Below, in pieces: positions 1 to 64,000 of a stretch of DNA of 64,000 bases (the stretch's first letter is position 1; every line of letters starts with the position of its first letter). The notes under the pieces are model-generated. The model was not told where the DNA came from. It searched no databases and saw only the letters and a list, made by a program, of their open reading frames with translations. Both the position numbers and the translations under genes were made by a program. This stretch comes from Tubiluchus corallicola (taxonomy: Eukaryota > Animalia > Priapulida): positions 298,411 through 362,410 of the forward strand of contig JAQGDQ010000173.1 in the NCBI GenBank assembly GCA_030141605.1. Reading direction: 5' to 3'.

Positions 1-493
1 AGTTATCAACCACGCTTGGACTGTAATGTAAATAACTAGATATTTTAATGACATCACGTGAGTATTGTTGAAATTGATTAAGATCATTGAGAAATTTCAC
101 TTTTTACACAACATATTCATTATTTTTACTACAATGAGTATTCCTTGGTTAAAAGAGTTAAAGGATCTAACAAGACGGATTCTTAAACTTTTGTAATGAT
201 CACAATTTTTATGCCAAGATGTTTTTTGGATTTGTGCATTTTAAACAAATTTACCGAGTATTTTATATTGTTCTGTACGGTTTCTGTAAATACTGTTCTG
301 TTCTGTAATTTAGCTATTTTTCAAGGGGTGCTGGAAGACTTTTCTCAAATAGCTAAGTTATCTAAAATAACAAAAAGCAGTCAACGGCAGTCTATAATTT
401 TATATGTTTAACAAAATGTGACACAGAACTTTGGCTTTCACGAATTAATTTTTACAATTGCCTACAAGCTATGATAGAAAAAGTTAACTTTAC

Positions 494-53998
<53,505 letters not shown>

Positions 53999-54481
53999 TG
54001 CTTTTTGCAATCAGCCTGCAATAAGAGATTGTTTAGAAGTTCTCCTTAATTGAGAATCATTTTTACTCAACTTTTAATCAGACTTACTGAAAGTGTGATG
54101 GATTAATAAGGCTTTTCATAATTTCATTGTGCGCACACGCAGTTGTTGTAGGTCAAAAGTTAAGTGAACCGCAGAAATGCATGTGACACATGGGTAAAGC
54201 AAAGCCGTCTGTTGTCTTACATGATCTTTACTTAATTACTGCATTGGTCTGTGTGTAAAGTGATTTAGTAGCAGGATCTTGCTGGGAATGTTCGAGTAAG
54301 GTTTTAGATAGCTGTTAACATATGTTAAAACTGTTACCATTGCAACAGTGTGGGCTGCGGGGCATTGATAAGTGTACACAAATGCATTCTCTGGTTCACT
54401 TAACCTTTGACCTTTTCACAATCATCATCAATCGCAACTTGAGTGAAAAAAAATCTGCAATTCCAAAAAATTCTTCACAAC

Positions 54482-55468
54482 CATGGGCGTATTGACCAAT
54501 AGGCTAGGTAGGCTATAACCTAGGGTGTCAAAGTTTGAGAAGCCTCACATTTTAGAAAAAATTCTTATTATCCTCGGAAAACACGTATGCTTTCATATTC
54601 ATGTAAAAGGCACATTTCATAACACACCACAGGCAGTTACTCAGAGCAGCTGCTATATAAGTGCTACATAACGAACATGTGCAAGGTCTGCTTAAATATA
54701 AGTGCTATGCAAATATACGTATTTATATATGTAACTTATAAACCACATAGAAAGTAGGTTGATAGTGTTCCTAATACACCACAAGTAATTGTTTAATCTG
54801 CTCACTACATAAACAGCCATAAATTCTCAATAGAGATTTGCAGGACAGAACTATCAGCCTAAGGCATCACAAAGCCTTAATATGCCCCTGTCTACTTATG
54901 ACATGGGTACAGGTGCCACTGCTCGAATGTGTGCTATGCTACAAAGGGAAAACCTGTTTAATCGGTAGCTTAGCTGGCAGAGCATGGGAGTTCAAATTCC
55001 AACTGGTTCACAATTTTACAGCATCTCTTGTTTTTCTTCAACTCAATACCAGGGGCATGTCAACACTTTACGATGTCCTAGGCTGATAGTTCTCTCTCTC
55101 CCATTTCTACTGTGAATTTATGGTTACTTATGTAATGAGCAGATTAACAATTACTTGTGGTGTACTAGAAACACTATTAACCTACTTTCTACGTGGTCAT
55201 TATTAGTTACATGTATTTGCATAGCACTTATATTAAACCAGGGTACACAAGTGCTTGTTGTGTTATACCTTGCACCTGTTCATTATGTGGCACTTATGTA
55301 GAAGCTGCATTCAGTAACTGCCAGTGTTGTGTTATAAAATGTGCCCTTTGCATGCCTGTGAAAGTATACACTTTCCAACGACAATAGGAATTTATTCTAA
55401 AACAAGATGCCTTTAAACTCTGACACCCTAGACTATAGCCTAGTTAGCTTATTCGTTAATGTGGCCCT
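54482..55468. mobile_element. Two inverted copies of an about 410-bp hAT-like MITE flanking a tRNA-like core
   Basis: 54482-54890 is the diverged reverse complement of 55049-55468; each arm has CAGGGGCRTATT-like ends; the spacer has A-box and B-box-like motifs. Confidence 0.7.
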
Positions 55469-55471
55469 ACA

Positions 55472-55925
55472 CAGCGGCGGATTATGATTTTATGGGCCTT
55501 TTAAATGTTGCTACACTGCTGAGCTGACGTGTTTTTGTGGAGCTCTCGTCGTTTGTAAAGGATGACAAATTAAACAATTTATCACTGATGCATATTGAGT
55601 CAGATATGTTGAAAAAAATGGACTTTTCAGAAATTATAACTGACTTTGGCCCCAGAAAAATTCGGAAACTGAAATTTTGAACTTAAACTTAAATTGTGTA
55701 AACGTGAATTGTGTAAACTTGATTTGTGTAAACCCGATTTGAAATATAGTGACTGACTTTTGAAAAAAAAACTTTTTTCTATATTTTATTTTGGCGGGCC
55801 CCTTGCTCCTTTGTCAATTTATTTTTTTTTACAAAAAAAATTTTTTTCGTTTTATTTTGCCGGGCCCCTTTTGATCCCAGGCCTTAGGCTTCAGCCTATT
55901 CAGCCTATAGGGCTATCCGCTACAG
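55472..55925 (+). mobile_element. Non-autonomous hAT element retaining the transposase C-terminus
   Basis: TIR CAGCGGCGGAT / ATCCGCTACAG; 8-bp TSD gccctaca/gccctact; 55561-55680 reads KLNNLSLMHIESDMLKKMDFSEIITDFGPRKIRK, like the tail of a hAT dimerisation region. Confidence 0.8.
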
Positions 55926-56057
55926 GCCCTACTCATTACCCACGATGGGTAATAATTGTTGGAAAATAAACTGCATTGGTTTACCAACATTCTAGCAAGC
56001 GTCATAATGGAGTCATAATGCAGTTAATGAACTTTTGGCATTTTTCTTACAATTCAA

Positions 56058-56170
56058 CAAGTGCTTCAAACCAAAACCCCGCCACAATGACACCACAAGT
56101 GCTTCAAACCAAAACCCTGCCACAATGACACCACAAGTGCTTCAAACCAAAACCCCGCCACAATGACACA
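56058..56170. repeat. About 38-bp x3 tandem repeat
   Basis: caagtgcttcaaaccaaaaccccgccacaatgacac repeated. Confidence 0.85.
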
Positions 56171-57605
56171 GTCTACAGTCTACTTAACATGGATAGAGGA
56201 AGAAGCAGGAGCTTGTTATCTAGGGTAATCCTTCGAGATGGGAGAGTGAATGGGCAGAGGTGTCATATCAAGTTCTGATGCGTGTAACACCCCATGTTAA
56301 CAAGGTATATATAGCTGGAAAGTGAAATACATAAACAATTACTAAAAACATGCAAACTACATGTTATTAAAGTGGTATCCAATCTAAGAATATGAATAGA
56401 AGACGTCTCATAAATTATGTATTTAAACCACTCCCAGTTAAAGTCATAGTTTTTACTGCCACATGATAGACATTTGTCACTTGCATAGTACATAAGACAT
56501 TTGACATGCAGTATGTCACAAACTTAAAATCACTTCAAACTTTAATAGAAAGTTAAGATTGCAAATAGATAAAAATTGAAAACTCTATTAGCCAAACATT
56601 TTAGCTATGGTATGGAAATACAACTTTCAAGTAAACTTCAGTAAATTACAGGTCGCCCATCTTGTTGCCTGTAGTTTGCACATTTGCATTACAGAAAAAA
56701 AAATTTTATTTTGTTTAGCTTTTATTATTGTAGTAATGGTGAAATGGAAAAACAAACAAATCCTTATTTTCTAAATGTTGGTGTGCTAAAGTACCCAGCC
56801 ATGGCATCAAAATCTAAACCGACACTATTTACTGTCAACTGGGTGGCTCTGTCATCACTGGCAACTTACTTCAAGATTTTTTATGTAGATTTTTATACCT
56901 TGTATCTAGATTTTCGCAGGTTTTGTGCACAAATTTAGCAGACATGAATTGAAACTAAGCAGAAGTTTCCAATATAGTAAGACAATTTTAGTTGCAAGGT
57001 AAATGAAAATAGATATCCAACTCGGTAAATTTAATTGCTCTAAACAGTATTACTTCTCAGATGTAGAGTCAATGGTAGCTCAGTGGAAAAATTGTAAAAA
57101 TTAAACGAAGTATTTTTTGAAACAGAAGAGTAATAATATAACTAATATAGCAATAGTTTGGCTATTGTTGATTAATTTTTCTAAAAAAAGATCCAGTAGT
57201 AAGGATACTTTTGACACTTGAACAAAGTAGCCCTAAACCTCGTGGTGACATTGATGGCCCAGTTCAAGTTTTTTTTAAAAAGTAATTATCAGTGTGGCAT
57301 CTTCTTTACATCTACTGGTGGTCTACTGGCTAACTCTCAAAGTGTTATACCCAACAAGGTGTCACGCATTATTAGGCGAAACTCTGATTAATCAAAGTCA
57401 CCCCAGTTGACAGTAGTAAGTGACACATTTTAAATTAAAAGGTTTGCCGTGAAACTTTATTAATGGAATTAGTCAAATGGCGTGATTGGACAAGGCCTTT
57501 TAAAAGAACTATTAGTGTGATTAATTAATCGTCAGGTCTACTCGATACCATGTTTTTGCAGTAGTCTAAGAGTTTAATAATTTAACAAAGAGGGAAAAGG
57601 CTTAC

Positions 57606-57696
57606 CTGAATTTATCTCATTCACGCGCTTGGAGTTGGACATACACTTATGTCAAGTTATGGGAAAAGCGTTACAAACAAAAGAAATAAGCACCAC
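57606..57696 (-). other. Candidate 5' UTR exon of the PKD1-like gene
   Basis: caaattag acceptor and strong CAG|GTAAGC donor; no long ORF. Confidence 0.4.
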
Positions 57697-57967
57697 CTAA
57701 TTTGCAACATACATCGTCTTTGCATTAAATATGCAGTAATCAAAAGCTCATTATTTTAAATGTATGCAGCATGCAAAAAACAAGTCTTAGTGTCAAAGCA
57801 GACGAGCATTATCAATACAGCTTTGTGCTATGCGGCGTACGCGCGTCCTTCACAACAGACAAAATGGCCGTCGAATACGATGCTTTTCTTGCGCCTCTGC
57901 TAGCTGGCCTGGCGGCTACGGTGATCAACATCGAGATATAGAGATGCTCTCTTTTTTCGCTTAGTAA

Positions 57968-58195
57968 CAAATTTTCCAGTACCAAACTTTATCAGTATAA
58001 AATTTTCTTCGTACTGTATTTTCCTAGTACTAAAACTTCCTTGTACCTAAAGATGATGGTACCCAATTTACCCGTACGAAAACTATCGAGTACTAAAAAT
58101 TCCTAGTACCAAATTTTCCTGATACCAAAATTTCTTCGTACCAAAATTGCCGTATCAAACTTCCTGTACCAAACTTTCTCGTATCAAATTTACCG
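57968..58195. repeat. Degenerate about 19-bp repeats (gtaccaaaatttcc), TE-subterminal-like
   Basis: Recurrent gtaccaaa/gtatcaaa at about 19-bp spacing. Confidence 0.6.
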
Positions 58196-58529
58196 CGCAC
58201 TGTGATAATAATATAAAGCGGCACATAGTTTCGAGAAATAAAAAAGAAATAAATAATCGAAATTATACTGCTTTTGTTATACCTCATCTAGAATAGTGAG
58301 TGGCTGTGTGAAACTTTGGAATCCCCGTTATCAGAAAGAAATATTACTTACGGAAGATGTACGAAGGCGTGTTACAAAAATAATTCGGTTGTAAAAATCT
58401 AACATAATATGGAAAGGTTGAGGTATTGCAGCTTGACCAACCTTGAATTAAAAAACACCGTGGAATTGTGTTGAGGTTTATAAAAACTAGAAAAGAAACA
58501 TTTTACCTGAAAAATTCTTTAATTAATTC

Positions 58530-60247
58530 TTGGTTCTAAAACTAGAGGACATAGAGATACAAAATCTCAATGTAAACAAATCCGCTCCAGATAGTTACCA
58601 TCCACGTATTTTAAATGAATGTAGAACTGTGCTTTTTAAGCCTATATACACCTTACTGGATAGGTCTTTTGCTGATTGTCAGTTACCTGGACAATGGAAG
58701 GTGGCACAGGTTACTCCCATTCATAAAAAAGGGGACAAGTCAGATCCATCGAACTACAGGCCAGTTAGCTTACTAAATACAATTAATAAGGTGACAGAAA
58801 AAATCATGCGGAAACATATAATGAACCATCTGATAAGATACAACATTATTTGTGAAGAACAACATGGGTTTGTTAAGGGTAGAACAACGGTTACCCAACT
58901 GTTACAATGTTACGATGCATGGTTTGAGTTAAAAGATGCTAATAAGCCTTTTGATATAATACTACTGGACCTGAAAAAGGCATTTGATGTTGTACCTCAT
59001 CACTTTCTGTTTGCAAAACTTAAAAATTGTGGTATAACTGGTTCAGTTTTACAGTGGATAGTAAACTTCTTAGAAAATAGAAGTCAATGTACGTGTGTTG
59101 ATGGTTACAAATCGACTGAGTCCTTGATTACTAGTGGTGTACCGCAAGGTTCGGTATTAGGTCCGTGTTTATTTGTGGTATTTATAAATGACTTGCCTAG
59201 TTGTGTGAGTAATTCTCTTCGTCTTTTTGCCGACGACAGCAAAATCTGGTCTGAATCTGATTCTTTTACCAGCTGTAATGATCTTCAATTGGATCTAGAA
59301 GGGCTCTGTGATTGGGCAGTTGAAAATGGTATGCAGTTCCATCCCAACAAGTGTAAGGTTGTATCTGTGGGAGCAGGATATGAGTATAAATACAAAATGT
59401 ATGATGCAAGTGGCATTCCGGCAGAATTGGACTTTAGTGCTTGTGAGAAAGACCTTGGATTATTACTTGATAATAAACTAAATTTTAAAGATCACATAGC
59501 AGAAATCATAAAGAGTGCCAAACGAAGCAATGCTTTAATAAGGAGGAATTTCAAGTACCTAGATCTGCAAACTTTCAAGCTTCTATATGTGGCACTTGTG
59601 CGATCAAAAGTGGAGTATGGAAGTAGTATTTGGAATAGTCCTAGGGCATATATAGTGGACCCAGTCGAAACTGTCCAAATGAGAGCTTTCAACATGTTAC
59701 CGGAACTAATGAACTTGACGTATGAAAGTCAGTTAAAACGAATAGGTTTAACTACATTAGCTTTTAGACGTTTACGTGGCCAACTAATCGATGTATACAA
59801 ATATGTATCTGGAGTTTACAGCTGTGATGATTGTCCTGTTAAATTAGAAGTACATCGTACAGCAAGATCAGGTCCTATTCTTCATAAATCAAGAACTGCA
59901 CACAAAACTGGTAAATACGACTATTTTTCTTGTACGATGCCAGAAATCTGGAATAGATTGCCCTGTGATGTGAGAACAGCAACATTTGTAAATTTATTTA
60001 AATCAAAATTAGATAGACACTATGAACATCATCCTTTGAAATTTAATCACCGTGCTAATTGGAACATGCCTATAACAAGGATGCTGGATTACATATTATA
60101 GTGAGAAAACTTGCCAGTGGAGTCACCTAGGTGTTGATGACAATCTATTGTATGTGCCAGTTTGTCGCAATTACAGTCGAAGAACTATTTGTCTCAAAAG
60201 TTATATTATAACTACTGGAGATTTACTACTACTACTACTACTACTAT
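58530..60247 (+). mobile_element. 5'-truncated CR1-type LINE with an uninterrupted RT ORF (58530-60101) and (ACT)n tail
   Basis: NYRPVSL, QHGF, LDLKKAFD, SGVPQGSVLGP, FADDSK, EKDLG, RRLRG; no endonuclease; tail actactact at 60224-60246. Confidence 0.94.
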
Positions 60248-61266
60248 AGTTTAAAACTGTTTAAAGAGCGCCTTGCCATTCGTAAATATTCATTTACAGT
60301 GAGAGTGGTAAATGAATGGAATAATCTGCTTGTAATGGAGACTGCCACACCAAATATAATAGTAAAATCGACAATTATTTTGTGAAAAATGTGGGGTTTC
60401 TGTGAATGTACTCGATTAACCGTTTCATACCCATTGTATCCCGTGTGATACAAGAATATTTTCTGCCTTTAAAATTAACAAAATTTTAAGACTGTCAATT
60501 TGATCTGTTAATAGTTATTTTGATTTCAGCTAATAACAATAGTCTAAAAATGGTGATAAAATGGCTAATTAGAAAATCTACATAGCATAAAAACTGCGCA
60601 AGGTACAGTACTTTAGAGACGACTTTGTACAGATTAGCATAGCATGTATACTAAATGTCTTAAATACTTTAAAAAATATCACCAGTTGCAAAATGAAGCA
60701 CATTTTTTGCTTTTGTTGTGTTTTTAAAAAAGTCGGACTTTGTTTTTTTGCACATGACAAAGAATGTTGTGGCACAGGTAGAAAAAAATTATTATTATGT
60801 GTAAACAAGACGGACATATTGAACAAAAGTACCAAGCCAAAAAAATTTTTCTTATTAAAAAATAATTTGGGACTGAAAGGGTTAATCCCTAATCATGAGG
60901 GTATAACAGTACAGCAAGACAGAAACGTCTCAATAGTTTAGAATAAAAACAGTTTCTACTGAGCAATGAATAAGATAATCATCCTACTGTGAATTTGGAA
61001 GAGTTTTAGCCACGATTGAATAATCGACCCTTACTTCGAACTGCACTAGCAATATTAGATTTCAAACTTAAAATATGACAAAGCAAAATTATTTGAATTT
61101 CGGTGTACCTCATAGTAAAATTTGTGCAATCATTTGTATTAACATTATTTTACTGTAATTAAAAACGCTAACACACAACTACACTCTATCTAGTGATTAC
61201 CCATTACCCATTGCAAATAAAGGCAACTACAATTTTAACAAAAGCGACATTTTGATGCACTCTTAC

Positions 61267-61472
61267 CAAGCACGCGACGTTCTTTCTTGTTACTATTTTA
61301 ATAAAATTTCATTTTAAGTAGTATTCATTGTCCAATAAGCAGGACATTCCCGTGACAGGGCAAGAATTAAAAAGCAGCATTAAAGAGTAGCAACTACGCA
61401 GCTGTCTATATAAAACAGATTTAGAACTTTGGTCTCCTGCTCTTTTTCTCCAATTTCTGTAACCCAAGGCAC
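61267..61472 (-). other. Candidate 5' UTR exon
   Basis: ttttttctgcacag acceptor and TTG|GTAAGA donor; no sustained ORF. Confidence 0.35.
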
Positions 61473-62192
61473 CTGTGCAGAAAAAAAGGTACCAGCAACG
61501 CAAGGACTTTCAATTACTGCTTTCTATACGTATCTCCGTTTCGCTTTAGCAAAGTGGTTCACAAACTTTTGTTGACGGTAACCCCTTTCCATGTCCCTGC
61601 ATCATATCGCGACCCCACGAAGAATATAATCGCATGTTGTACTATTAAACATCATTATCGTTTTCATTTATTAATTTTAATATACTATTCAACAAATTAT
61701 TGAACAATGAGTGATTGTTTCATTAATTCATTCATGTAGTGTGTTGCGCCTGTTTCTCAGCGACCAGTATTGCAATGCAATAGGTATCTAAGGACAACCG
61801 ACGTAAAATGAATAGCGACACGCTATCTGACGGTGTACACTGTACAGAACAACGCGAATTTTTATTTTCCCGGAAAATCAAACACTGGTATACCGCATTT
61901 AAAGCGGGAAAACGCAGTTTCATTTTCCAGAACAAAATGTGTAACGAGAAACTGTGTGTGAACGTTATTTGTGAAGTTGAAATTGAACACTTGTAGAAAA
62001 CAACTAAACACCATATTACATATTTGCACAAAACTGAAACACTTTTATTGCACTAAACACACAGTAAAATGCACAAGTAAAATGAAGATCACAACTCTGC
62101 ACAGCACTGAGTGACAGAGAGACAGTGTGTCCCATGAGTTGCACGACTGCACTGCCTGAGACAGACAGTCCCTAGCAGTGAAATCTAGCCAG

Positions 62193-62200
62193 TTTATATA
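62193..62200 (-). promoter_or_regulatory. Candidate TATA box (CTATATAAA) for the minus-strand gene
   Basis: Consensus TATA upstream of the candidate UTR exons; position only. Confidence 0.25.
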
Positions 62201-62849
62201 GGTAGAGAACTATGCAAAAACTTGGCTTCACATATCCCATTACAGTGAAAATAGGGGAGATCCAGTGAGTTTGAATATTCACTGGACCGAACAATTGTAA
62301 TAAGGGGTGAATTGAACTAGTAAAATGTTAAAGTGACAAATCAATAGATGGCAGCACCTAAAATATACAGTTATAACTTTCACACTGTGGAAACAAGACC
62401 TATTTACATACTTTTCATGAAAAGAGCATCTTTTAAAAATAGTTTTTGGACTACCCCGCGACATCACGAAAAATTCTTTGCCGGTAACCCATGCTTGAGC
62501 CAGTTACTGCTTGCATTGTAATGGGATTAATGAATAAATTTGGACAAAACTCCACGCCTTTACACTTCAAGCAAAGCCGTGGCATAATTGTAAAACGAAA
62601 ACGGTTCATAGGTTTGGAGTACTCCCGCAGTCCAACTAGCATTAATAAACACCTGAGCCACAAAAGGTATTGTTTTGCTTTTTCATAATTTATCGTCTAG
62701 CTTTTTTATTAGTCACTACCTGTCAGATCTATGTACGAGATGCTTGTGCTACTGCAAAAGTCAAAATCTCCATCATTTTTTAAACAGAAGACATTTTAAA
62801 TCTGTTATTTTTTAGGTCAGTACTGAACTGAATTGTAATCGACAATGTT

Positions 62850-62990
62850 AAATTGTTTGTTTTGCTGCTGAACCATCTGTTGGCGGAGGAGCTTGATAAG
62901 TTCGTCCATCTGCTCTGCCATCGTTGCTTGAATAAACAACAGTCCACTGAGTTACCAAGGATCCTGTCGACTGCGTCAATATTTGAAGTG
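62850..62990 (-). mobile_element. 5' remnant of a Gypsy-like element (tRNA-Ser-like PBS and gag start)
   Basis: Minus-strand TGACGCAGTCGACAGGAT (62961-62978) resembles a tRNA-Ser PBS; ATG at 62921 reads MAEQMDELIKLLRQQMVQQQ. Confidence 0.45.
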
Positions 62991-63585
62991 TTTTCTGGTT
63001 TTCTCTAGGAGCCTTCCGAGAGAAACGAAACACAACAGCTGCACAACTAAGTAGTACCTTTGTGTACACTTGTAAACTGTTTTCCAATAGAGAAAAGAAT
63101 TAAAATTTAAAGCAGATAATTTGTTTCTATGGTAGTAACTTTGCAAATTATAAGCGCCACTGTTAACCCAACGTAGTAAAAGGCAGAATCACCATAAGCC
63201 GTGCGTTTAATCATTCAAATTATTTTATTTACAAAAAATAGCTTGGCCTCTTATTTGACATAAAAGCAGTCAATTACATGATTATGCCGCTAGGAACGTT
63301 TCATCTTCAATGATGGCGTATCCGCAAGGGGATGGCTTTTGAGTAACAGCTATGTATATTTATATGTTCACATCATAAATATTTTCATTGACTGGCTTGT
63401 ACAGGCTTACTGTTATTTCACAAACTGCTTTTCTATAGTGTCGTCTATAATACATAAACTGATATAATATAAAGTTACACTGGTATACAAAACTGCAAAT
63501 CATATTTTGTGAAATTTACATTTCTTTATTTTTTACAATTGTTTACCAACACACCACAAATAAATTTAGATTTTTGCACACATTA

Positions 63586-63697
63586 TTCGAAATTTGATTC
63601 GAAAATGGTTAGTAATAAATTCGAAATCGATTCGAATTCGAAATCTTGAAATTCGATTCGATTTGAATTCGATTTTTGAAGGAGTATGCTCACCCCT
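63586..63697 (-). mobile_element. DNA-transposon end (TAGGGGTGAGCA plus TTCGAA-rich subterminal repeats)
   Basis: Dense ttcgaa/attcga cluster ending at gctcacccta-like terminus (gctcacccctac). Confidence 0.5.
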
Positions 63698-64000
63698 ACC
63701 GTTTGGGGAGAGCATTTTTCTTAAAAGCAACAATTTATGATCACTGCTCTTTATTAAACCTTTTCTGCATGGCAGTATGGGAGATAAAAATGCTTAGAAG
63801 CAATTTTCCTGGTGGTCATGTATCCATTAATTAGCCAGACGTGATGCTGTTAACTTTGGTCACTAACCAGAGATTTTGCTGCCACCCCATTGCACCTAGT
63901 GAAGCCATCTAGGAACACAATACAAGAGCAACCAGTACACCGTAGAAAACTCCTACTAAAACAACGTGCAGCCCTTGTAACTGGGACGACAAGTCAGCCT

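Noticed and set aside
54955-55015. tRNA gene
   Set aside because: The A and B boxes are too close together with no anticodon arm; it is a SINE-like fragment.
62848-63087. First coding exon of the PKD1-like gene
   Set aside because: No usable donor; a better signal-peptide exon exists at 53926-53998, and another frame looks like a Gypsy gag start.

Overview
AT-rich eukaryotic DNA, probably from a marine invertebrate. Most of the window is the 5' part of one large minus-strand gene. I assembled 30 phase-consistent GT-AG coding exons by hand (ATG at 53998 down to 494; 6191 nt, about 2063 aa; the gene continues past position 1). The product is polycystin-1/REJ-like: signal peptide, 5 WSC domains, FN3, 2 EGF, PKD, REJ, a GAIN-like region carrying a 241-aa/38-Cys insert, then a PLAT/LH2 exon in frame with no recognisable GPS motif or TM helix before it. 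About a quarter of the window is 17 or so mutually unrelated minisatellites, roughly one per intron. Four large arrays and one 2-copy duplication are amplified copies of the gene's own splice donors or acceptors, and one 3.6-kb intron is almost entirely about 35 donor copies plus about 22 acceptor copies. Introns also hold a degenerate BEL/Pao LTR retrotransposon with both LTRs, CR1 and L2 LINE pieces, pogo- and hAT-like MITEs, a tRNA-derived SINE and several decayed domain exons. All calls come from reading the sequence by eye; no database searches were run.
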